Source: Omnitrophica bacterium GWA2_41_15 (GTDB lineage Bacteria > Omnitrophota > Gorgyraeia > Gygaellales > UBA12090). Taken from it: a DNA stretch of 64,000 nt. The DNA lies in NCBI GenBank assembly GCA_919902675.1, contig CAKKRH010000013.1:47239-111238 (forward strand), in the 5' to 3' direction. The notes under the pieces are model-generated. The model saw nothing but the letters and a program-made list of their open reading frames with translations. It was not told where the DNA came from and made no database searches. This document shows, one piece after another, positions 57,193-64,000 of this stretch. The position numbers and the translations under genes were made by a program. Each line of letters begins with the position of its first letter. Within the stretch, counting starts at the first letter, position 1.

Positions 57193-58770
57193 TTACTCAA
57201 GCTGCATTTGAACTTCAAATTCTTTTTGGCCGGCGGAGCGCGCCGTCGCGGAAAACTTAATATTCCTGAATATGCCCGCTTCCAGCTTACGGATAAATCC
57301 GGAAAAGGCATCCGGCTGGTCTTTAGTTGAGGTAATCACTCCCTTAAGGGTTAAAATACCGCCTTGCGCGTTCATCTGGGTGAGGTATATCTCATTAGGG
57401 ATGCAATTGCCGATTTCCTTAAAAACATCCTCCCAGTAAGGCTCTCGCGATAAAGCGTCATTTATTAAATTCCGCTCTTTGGCCTCGCCAAAGCGGGTAT
57501 TTAAAAAAAACAGTTCTGATTTCACCGCGTTTATTTTTTTGTCTAAATTAGCCGCGCTTAGGCGCAATCCCATAAAAGTAAGGACCAAAATAGTTATTGC
57601 CGCGCTCAAGCCCGCCTTTAAAGCCGCCCTCTCCATAAGGCGCTTTACATCCTCCCTTATCCCAAAGGGAAGGAAATTTATTCCATCGGCTTTATTTATT
57701 CCGCAGCCGACAGCTATGGCTATACTGCTGATTTCGTGATCTTCGCTTGGTTCTTTACTTACCTGAATTCCTTCCCAGGAATTATAGACCTCAACCTCTA
57801 TGGCTAATTCCTTAGCTAAGAACTTATCCAAACCCTTCAAACTCGCGCTTCCTCCAAAAAGAATCAACTTATCTACCTTAGCTCCTCCTGTTTCTTCACG
57901 GTAAAAATCAAAGGAGCGGCCGATTTCATTGGCCAGCTTCTCTAAGGGGGCCATCAATAAAGAATGAAGCTGGGCGTTAGAAATCTTATTCTCAACCAGT
58001 TCTGAATTGATTTTCTCAGGAATTCCGTATTCATTTTTTATCCTTTGCGCCTCTGAATAAGAAAGCTCTATTTTGCCTGAGGCCGTAGAGAGGGCGCTGG
58101 TTAAGGCCCGGGTAAAGTCATCGCCGGCCACCGGGACTTTACGGTTAAACATAAACTTGCCATCGCGAATGATTATCAAATCAGACAAGCTCTTTCCTAT
58201 GTCTATTGCCGCGACGCTTAAATTTTCCTTAAATTTTTTAAACTTAAGCAGATTGAACATCGCCAGGGCCGAACTGACAACCATCCGCGGCCTGATACCT
58301 AATCCATCCAGGAAGCCGAGATGTTCTTCTATTGTCCTATGAGGGCACACCCCCACCAATATTTCTTTCTTCTTAACCCCATTCTCAAGAATATCCCCGG
58401 TTACTTCAAAATCAACCAGTGAATCCTCAATAGAAAAAGGGAAATAATTCTTAGCTTCTAAGGACACCGCCTCTTTTAATTCATTATCCGGCATCATCGG
58501 CACAACCGCCCTTTTAATCATAGAATAAGGCGAATCCAGCAAGGTAACTATTTTGGAGTTTTTCGCCTCGGAGGCCGAAAACAATTCTTTAAGGATACGC
58601 GCCGGCTCTTTATCCTTTTCCAGGTCAATAATCTTAACCTTGGTTAAATAAAAAGCGCCTTCCTCCTGCTTAAGCTGGGCTGATTTTATAAAACTGGTGC
58701 CGATATCCAGGCCAATGCTATACTTTTTCTTAGGAAAAAATCCGTTTGTTATCAGGCTTTCCATATTCAT
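57193..58770 (-). CDS. PilM-PilN fusion (actin-like ATPase-fold assembly protein + TM/periplasmic PilN part)
   Basis: The N-terminal IGLDIGTSFIKSAQL is the PilM-like actin fold. A later TM segment (LKAGLSAAITILVLTFMGL) is followed by a PilN-like tail. Confidence 0.7.
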   Translation of the reverse strand: MNMESLITNGFFPKKKYSIGLDIGTSFIKSAQLKQEEGAFYLTKVKIIDLEKDKEPARILKELFSASEAKNSKIVTLLDSPYSMIKRAVVPMMPDNELKEAVSLEAKNYFPFSIEDSLVDFEVTGDILENGVKKKEILVGVCPHRTIEEHLGFLDGLGIRPRMVVSSALAMFNLLKFKKFKENLSVAAIDIGKSLSDLIIIRDGKFMFNRKVPVAGDDFTRALTSALSTASGKIELSYSEAQRIKNEYGIPEKINSELVENKISNAQLHSLLMAPLEKLANEIGRSFDFYREETGGAKVDKLILFGGSASLKGLDKFLAKELAIEVEVYNSWEGIQVSKEPSEDHEISSIAIAVGCGINKADGINFLPFGIREDVKRLMERAALKAGLSAAITILVLTFMGLRLSAANLDKKINAVKSELFFLNTRFGEAKERNLINDALSREPYWEDVFKEIGNCIPNEIYLTQMNAQGGILTLKGVITSTKDQPDAFSGFIRKLEAGIFRNIKFSATARSAGQKEFEVQMQLE

Positions 58771-58785
58771 CTTAGGTTAGGCAGT

Positions 58786-59874
58786 TTAAATCGCGGGAAC
58801 TATCTCGTTCCAGTCTTTTTGAAATACAACCACCAGGTCGCCTCCGGAAGAATAGGTGAAGGCAGGCGGCATAGGCGCGAAAATATTATCATTATAATTA
58901 ATGGTGATGCCGCTTCCATTACCCATGGAAAAATTACCCCCCGCCAATATTGTGCCGTTAAAAGTAGAATTTTTCACATCATCAAAAGTGATATTATTTT
59001 GGGCTAAAATCAATCCATTTATGGTGCTATTCTGCAGGCCGATCTTTTGGCTGGGAATGCCGGTCGCGCTGGTGCTCATATTATTCTTGGCTGCCAGCGC
59101 CGGGTAATTAGTAAGAGGACTGGGGGTTACCTGGACATTATCGGCCCTGTTGACAAACTGGATATCGCTATCCGAAAAGATAGAGCCGTTTATTATGGCA
59201 TTATTGCCTATAGTAACCCCCCTGGTTACATACCATACACCGCTGTAGGTACCGTTTTCAAAGGTATAACTGCCGGTGATAAGCTGTCCGGAGGCTAAAG
59301 CCAGGCTCTTGTAATAATCGAAGTCTAAAGTGGGATTAATCATCGGAAAATTCTCGGTAAGAGTGCCGTTGATAGTCATACCCGCGTAATTTGTTATATG
59401 CACATGACAGCTGATATTACCGTTTATTACCCCGGTTGAGCCGGTAAAATCAACCGTACTGCCGTCAGCATGAATACTGCGCACCAAAACCGAAGAGGAA
59501 AAGGCCGCGCTGGCCCCTATCTGTCGGCTCATTGTGTTAACCGTGCCCAAAGAAGTAAAAGCATAAATACTTCCGCTTTTAACGGCGCTTACGGAATAAA
59601 CGCCGTTACCCAGAGAACCGCTAATTGTAGTAGGGCTAGTTTGGTAATTAGCGTCGTTTTTTAAGGTATATAAAGCCTTTTGCAACCCCGCCTCAGCCAG
59701 CCAGAGGGCCTGACTGCCGGACATATCATATCCTGAACCTTTTAGCCGCAGGGAACTCATATATAAGAACGCGATTACCACGGCAGTTAAGGTGGTCAAT
59801 ATTATGAAGGTAAGTAATAATGCTGTTCCTTTCTTCGCAAACGAGCGAACGGGGATAGCGGACGGCTTGATCAT
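58786..59874 (-). CDS. PilX-like minor pilin / pilus-tip associated protein
   Basis: The N-terminus KGTALLLTFIILTTLTAVVIAFLYMSS is PilX_N-like. It is followed by a Gly/Asn/Thr-rich beta-helix-like body. Confidence 0.5.
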   Translation of the reverse strand: MIKPSAIPVRSFAKKGTALLLTFIILTTLTAVVIAFLYMSSLRLKGSGYDMSGSQALWLAEAGLQKALYTLKNDANYQTSPTTISGSLGNGVYSVSAVKSGSIYAFTSLGTVNTMSRQIGASAAFSSSVLVRSIHADGSTVDFTGSTGVINGNISCHVHITNYAGMTINGTLTENFPMINPTLDFDYYKSLALASGQLITGSYTFENGTYSGVWYVTRGVTIGNNAIINGSIFSDSDIQFVNRADNVQVTPSPLTNYPALAAKNNMSTSATGIPSQKIGLQNSTINGLILAQNNITFDDVKNSTFNGTILAGGNFSMGNGSGITINYNDNIFAPMPPAFTYSSGGDLVVVFQKDWNEIVPAI

Positions 59875-60497
59875 AGGTTTCTCGGCCTCACCTGCGTCCT
59901 TGACCTTATGGTTTCATCGCCTCTTTTTATACTCAAATCCAGGGTAATTAAATTAGCGCTTATCGACAAATCTGAAGTCGCCGGAGGCAATGCTTCAGTA
60001 ATTATAATCGAGCCAGAGCCATAGGTGAATGTTCCGCTTATGCCGCCGGAAAGCTCAGCTTTCCTTAATTGATACGAACCCTGGCTAAAGCTCGGGGGAT
60101 AAGAGTCATTGGCGTTATAAAAATAATAAATATAATAGGCGATTAGGTTATGGGTAAACCTGATCTCGTCATTATTAACAGACTGGGCCTGCCTTGCCTT
60201 CCTTAGATCCCGGACCATTTCTTCAATTCCCCTGTCTAAGGCTATGTCAATGCCTGTCCTGGTTTCCTGGCTGTGCCAGCTTAAAAGCACCGCGCGAAAA
60301 ACAAAGGCGCTCACTCCCACCAAAACCACCAGCATTAAAATCGTAATAATAAGTTCTATTAGCGTGAACCCCGTTACACCCCGCCCTGAAGGACGGGGCT
60401 TTCTTGATGATCTAATTTTTATTTGCCATTTATCCCCGCTTTGAGAAGCGGGGCTTTCTGGGTGTAACGGGGTGAATCCCTGACGCGTTTTTTTCAA
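59871..60497 (-). CDS. Prepilin-type N-terminal cleavage/methylation domain protein (minor pilin)
   Basis: The prepilin signal is G-FTLIELIITILMLVVLVGV. The true start may be internal to the tracked ORF. Confidence 0.7.
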   Translation of the reverse strand: MKKTRQGFTPLHPESPASQSGDKWQIKIRSSRKPRPSGRGVTGFTLIELIITILMLVVLVGVSAFVFRAVLLSWHSQETRTGIDIALDRGIEEMVRDLRKARQAQSVNNDEIRFTHNLIAYYIYYFYNANDSYPPSFSQGSYQLRKAELSGGISGTFTYGSGSIIITEALPPATSDLSISANLITLDLSIKRGDETIRSRTQVRPRNL

Positions 60498-60539
60498 CTC
60501 TTTACTTTCCTTGTCTCGGCCTTCAACTGCTGACAGCCT

Positions 60540-60923
60540 TTAATAATTCGCCACCAGCGTGGTCAGGGTAATATTGGCTTGGCCTCTCAAAACATTCCAA
60601 GACACGGTTACATCTACCGGCATAGGGTTTTGGCCTTCACCTACATTAACCGCGGTATTAAAATTGGAAAAGTGAGAATCCGTTGTGGGGCCGCTATCCG
60701 CGAGGCTGGCGAATGGAGTATTTTTTATTTCCTCCATTTTTGCCTGGGCGATATTTAAGGCTAAATCAATATTTTCAATATCGCTCGTGGCGGACATACC
60801 CGCGCTGAAGGCCCAGATTATCGCGATAACCCCAGCGGTAAAAATAAGCAGGGCAATCATAAGCTCTAACAGACTAAAGCCATCCCGAGCCTTCCCCGGC
60901 TGATACCTAACATTTAGTAACAT
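60540..60923 (-). CDS. Prepilin-type minor pilin (PilV-like)
   Basis: DGFSLLELMIALLIFTAGVIAI. Confidence 0.7.
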   Translation of the reverse strand: MLLNVRYQPGKARDGFSLLELMIALLIFTAGVIAIIWAFSAGMSATSDIENIDLALNIAQAKMEEIKNTPFASLADSGPTTDSHFSNFNTAVNVGEGQNPMPVDVTVSWNVLRGQANITLTTLVANY

Positions 60924-60965
60924 CGGAATTTTACCCGCTAAGACAGTGAATTTGAGACCGTTGCA

Positions 60966-61082
60966 AAATCCTAAAACCTTTATCTTGAAATATTTCCGTA
61001 TAAGATCCTTCGTCGGGACTTACATCCCTCCTCAGGATGAGATTGTTTAAAAACAGAGTTTTTCAACAATCTCAATTTAGGG
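60966..61082 (-). repeat. Structured intergenic element of about 120 nt, copy 1 (after the major pilin gene)
   Basis: Homologous to 62835..62959. On the minus strand it has a 16-bp hairpin GAGATTGTTGAAAAAC-TCT-GTTTTTAAACAATCTC, then GGGAT-GTAA-GTCCC. Confidence 0.7.
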
Positions 61083-61526
61083 CTGTAAATCCTGGCCGAT
61101 GTTAGAGGCATAAATACAGCTTGAGCCGTTGGTTTCAACCACGGCATCGCTGGTAATAACAGCGCTTCCGTTTCCAGCCGGGCCAACCGAATAAATAATA
61201 TAAAATTTGCTGTTGGTCCCGCCCATTACATATACATAATCAGCTCCTGTGCCGCTGAAGGGGTCGGTAGGCACATAAGTTATAATGCTTGGGACGGCCG
61301 CGGCTAAAGCGGTCTGGAGAGCGGCGGCAGTAGTAGCCGGGTAAGTATTACTGTTGTGAATATAATAACTCTCTACCGCGGTTTGCAGTGTCCGCAACTC
61401 GCCTTTGGCCTTGGCGATATTTCCCTCATCCTGCATACCCTTAAAGCGGGGCAAAGAAATCCCGATTAAGATAGAGATTACCGCAATAACAATCAACAAT
61501 TCAATCAAGGTAAAACCTTTCTTCAT
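61077..61526 (-). CDS. Major pilin / GspG-like pseudopilin
   Basis: MKKGFTLIELLIVIAVISILIGISLPRFKGMQDEGNIAKAKGELRTLQTAVESY. Confidence 0.85.
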   Translation of the reverse strand: MKKGFTLIELLIVIAVISILIGISLPRFKGMQDEGNIAKAKGELRTLQTAVESYYIHNSNTYPATTAAALQTALAAAVPSIITYVPTDPFSGTGADYVYVMGGTNSKFYIIYSVGPAGNGSAVITSDAVVETNGSSCIYASNIGQDLQP

Positions 61527-61547
61527 CTTCCCTCCTTTTTAAATTAG

Positions 61548-61596
61548 TCTGTGATCTGTAGACTGTGAACTGTGAACTATCAACTGTGAACTAATC
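61548..61596. repeat. Heptanucleotide array (CTGTGAA family) between pilC and the pilin gene
   Basis: CTGTGATCTGTAGACTGTGAACTGTGAACTATCAACTGTGAACTAATCA. Confidence 0.8.
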
Positions 61597-62809
61597 AATG
61601 CCTGATGATCTTAACCATATCAAAAATCGGGATTAATACCGAGGCCATAATCAAGGCCACCACCGCCCCCATAACCGCCAATAAGAGCGGCTCAATCAGC
61701 GCGGTCAGCTTCTTGAGCGAATAACTCACCGCGGTATCATAAAAATCAGCTATCTTATTCAACATCCCGTCCAAATTGCCGCTTTCCTCTCCCGCGGAAA
61801 TCATCTGCACCGCGTCTAAGGGAAATTCTCCGCTTACTTTTAAAGGCGCGGAAAGCCTTTCTCCCTGCTCAACCGAAGCCTTTAAATTTGCCATTACCTG
61901 AGCCATCACCTGATTGCCAATCACCTCCTTAGTTATATCCAAGGAACGTAAAACCGGGACACCGCTGGATAATAAAACCGCCAAAGTGCGGCTAAGCCTT
62001 GAGACATATATTTTACGCGCCAGATCCCCGATTACCGGGATTTTAAGCGTTAAGCGGTCAAAGTGAAATTTTCCGCTTTTAGTTTGGGTGTATTGGACGG
62101 CCAGCCAGGATAATATGCCAAAGCCCAAGATAATCAGATACCAAAATCTCTTAATAATTACCCCAAATGAAAAGAGTATCTGGGTAACCAAGGGCAGTTT
62201 TAGCCCGGCGCTTAAAAATAAATCGGCAAACTTCGGCATAATGAAGGTTACGATAAAAACTATCACTATGATAGAGGCTATAAAGAGGATGATTGGATAA
62301 AAAAGCGCCCCCTTGATCTTCTGGGATAATTCCTCTCTGGCCTCAGAGAAGGCGGCGAATTTCTTCAGCACATCATTAAGCTTCCCGGACTCCTCTCCGG
62401 CTTTAACCATATTCACGAATAATTTACTGAACACCTTGGGATGGCGGCTGAGGCTTTCCGAGAAAGAGCTTCCGGATTCAACCGCCCGCCAAAGCTCGCC
62501 CAAAACATTTTTCAGCCTTTTATTTGCCGTCTGGGCCTCAATGGCGCGCAGGCTGATTAAAAGGGTGATTCCGGATTCCAGCAGATTAGCCAGCTGAAAA
62601 TTAAAGACTATCAAATCCTGAGGATTTATCCGGCGCAAGTGCCTGAGCATGCCCTCCAGGTCAATTTCTTTTTTGGCCGGGCTTATGGAAACAGCCATAT
62701 ACCCCATCTTGCGCAGTTTAACGCCCACCTCATCGGCTGAGGCCGCCTCAAGCGCGCCCTTAACTAATTTACCGCTTTCGTCTCTGGCTTTATATAAATA
62801 ATCCGGCAA
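61595..62809 (-). CDS. pilC: Type II secretion / type IV pilus platform protein (GspF/PilC family)
   Basis: Two T2SSF repeats and three TM segments. It has a TTG start with a GGAGG SD. Confidence 0.85.
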   Translation of the reverse strand: MPDYLYKARDESGKLVKGALEAASADEVGVKLRKMGYMAVSISPAKKEIDLEGMLRHLRRINPQDLIVFNFQLANLLESGITLLISLRAIEAQTANKRLKNVLGELWRAVESGSSFSESLSRHPKVFSKLFVNMVKAGEESGKLNDVLKKFAAFSEAREELSQKIKGALFYPIILFIASIIVIVFIVTFIMPKFADLFLSAGLKLPLVTQILFSFGVIIKRFWYLIILGFGILSWLAVQYTQTKSGKFHFDRLTLKIPVIGDLARKIYVSRLSRTLAVLLSSGVPVLRSLDITKEVIGNQVMAQVMANLKASVEQGERLSAPLKVSGEFPLDAVQMISAGEESGNLDGMLNKIADFYDTAVSYSLKKLTALIEPLLLAVMGAVVALIMASVLIPIFDMVKIIRH

Positions 62810-62834
62810 TTAAAACCTCCGTCAATAAATGGAT

Positions 62835-62959
62835 AAATCCTAAACCCTAAAAACTCCAATCTTGAGACATTTCCGCATAAGATCCTTCGTCGGGATTCAC
62901 ATCCCTCCTCAGGATGAGAGCGTTTAAAAACAGGGTTTTTCAACGCTCTCAATTTAGGG
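62835..62959 (-). repeat. Structured intergenic element of about 120 nt, copy 2 (between pilB and pilC)
   Basis: On the minus strand: GAGAGCGTTGAAAAAC-CCT-GTTTTTAAACGCTCTC, then GGGAT-GTGA-ATCCC. The stem differences relative to copy 1 are compensatory. Confidence 0.7.
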
Positions 62960-62975
62960 TTTATCATTTTGTTGC

Positions 62976-64000
62976 CTACTCCTTTGGGGTGAGGCGCAAA
63001 ACCTCTTCAATGGTAGTTATCCCGGCCTTGGCCTTTTCTAAACCGTCCTGTCTCAGGCTTAAGCCGCCCGAGGAACGGCAGTGCCTTTTTATTTCCTCGC
63101 TGGAAGCCTTGGCCACAATCAGATTATGCAGTTTTTCATCCATAGCCATTAGCTCATAAATACCTACCCGGCCTTTGTAGCCGGTATCCTTGCACTTTAA
63201 ACAACCTTTCCCCCGGTAAAACTTGACCCGCGAATCCGGACCGCCCTCTAACCCTATTTCTTTTAAGACCTCTGATGAGGGAATGTATTCTTCTTTACAA
63301 TCCTTACAAACCACCCTGACTAAGCGCTGGGCCAGGACCGCTCCCAGCGAAGAGGTAATCAGAAACGGCTCAATGCCCATATCTATCAAGCGGGTTATTG
63401 CCCCGGAGGCATCATTAGTATGCAGAGTAGAAAAAACCAGATGGCCGGTCAAAGCCGCCTGAATAGCAATTTCAGCCGTCTCTTTATCCCTTATTTCACC
63501 TACCATTATCACATCCGGGTCCTGGCGTAAAATTGACCTTAAGCCGGTGGCAAAATTAACCCCGGCCCGGGGCTCGACCTGAATCTGCCGGATTCCGTTA
63601 AGATGATATTCTACCGGATCCTCAATGGTAACGATATTCTTCCGGGAAGAGTTAATGGCATTCAGTGAAGCATAAAGGGTAGTGGTCTTGCCGCTTCCGG
63701 TAGGCCCGGTTACCAGGATTATCCCGTGCGGACGCTGAATCAGCTTTTCATAACTTTTAACCGCCTCTTTAGGTAAGCCTAAATCGGCTAAACCCATAAC
63801 CGTACTGCTTCTATCCAAAAGGCGCATCACCACATTTTCCCCGTAGACTGTGGCCATTACCGAAACCCGGATATCTATCTGGCGGTTTTCCACCTTCATC
63901 TGGAAACGGCCGTCCTGGGGGGCGCGGCGCTCGGCAATGTTCAAGCCGGCCAATAGCTTGACCCGCGAAACCACTGCCGACTCTAAATATTTAGGCAAAG
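62976..64000 (-). CDS. pilB: Type II/IV secretion ATPase (GspE/PilB family); the N-terminal part runs off the window end
   Basis: Walker A is VTGPTGSGKTTT, the Asp box is IVTIEDPVE, Walker B is IMVGEIRD and the His box is LVFSTLHTN. The C-terminal tetracysteine is CKDC...CLKC. The frame stays open to position 64000. Confidence 0.9.
   Translation of the reverse strand, partial: LPKYLESAVVSRVKLLAGLNIAERRAPQDGRFQMKVENRQIDIRVSVMATVYGENVVMRLLDRSSTVMGLADLGLPKEAVKSYEKLIQRPHGIILVTGPTGSGKTTTLYASLNAINSSRKNIVTIEDPVEYHLNGIRQIQVEPRAGVNFATGLRSILRQDPDVIMVGEIRDKETAEIAIQAALTGHLVFSTLHTNDASGAITRLIDMGIEPFLITSSLGAVLAQRLVRVVCKDCKEEYIPSSEVLKEIGLEGGPDSRVKFYRGKGCLKCKDTGYKGRVGIYELMAMDEKLHNLIVAKASSEEIKRHCRSSGGLSLRQDGLEKAKAGITTIEEVLRLTPKE

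Noticed and set aside
45853-61596. Short repeat patches as CRISPR arrays.
   Set aside because: The repeat unit is 7 nt (9 nt at one site) and directly tandem, with no unique spacers. No cas genes are present; the Cas4-like gene at 29447 is phage-type and distant.
60980-62967. Conserved small peptide (…LKNxVFKxSHPEEGCxSRRRILxGNxSR) encoded by ORFs 60980..61186 and 62764..62967.
   Set aside because: Every nucleotide difference between the copies that falls in the ORF changes the amino acid. The same differences preserve base pairing in the stems. There is no SD and no start conservation. An RNA/DNA structural element explains the conservation better.

Overview
The window looks like one contig from an uncultivated, moderately AT-rich bacterium. 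I cannot assign taxonomy from sequence alone. It splits into four parts.

(1) 1-10.9 kb is an accessory island. After a DUF763 gene and a YyaL-type thioredoxin-domain gene come toxin/abortive-infection modules: an XRE-ImmA-MazF single-chain fusion, a Fic protein and an AbiEi/AbiEii pair. These modules are separated by three near-identical copies of a small GIY-YIG nuclease gene and two copies of a 139-bp imperfect palindrome.

(2) 11.2-29.4 kb holds an XRE-cupin regulator, a response regulator and a histidine kinase. Next is an AAA+ ATPase / S8 peptidase pair (IetAS-like), two secreted proteins of unknown function, and a type I R-M operon (hsdM-hsdS-PIN-like-hsdR).

(3) 29.4-44.6 kb is an integrated element of about 15 kb with no virion structural genes. 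It carries a Cas4-like nuclease, a SymE-like toxin, an 870-bp GC-rich hairpin-dense non-coding block, a PLD nuclease, an IS256 copy with 9-bp target duplications, a six-gene envelope-associated operon, replication/recombination genes and a sigma-like protein. It ends in a large serine recombinase whose 3' end overlaps tRNA-His.

(4) 44.6-64 kb is core genome: tRNA-His/Arg/Pro, two AsmA-like proteins, rdgB-rph, class I fumarate hydratase, queFECD, murI, an amidase, and a type IV pilus/T2SS-like operon that runs off the window. This part is peppered with degenerate heptanucleotide tandem arrays, some inside conserved genes. It also contains a duplicated structured element of about 120 nt in the pilus operon.

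The findings I rate highest are the XRE-ImmA-MazF fusion, the repeat-partitioned module architecture, the PIN-like gene in the PrrC position of the R-M operon, the hairpin-dense block, and the membrane AAA-ATPase operon in the mobile element. All functional calls rest on motifs I recognised by eye; no searches were run.
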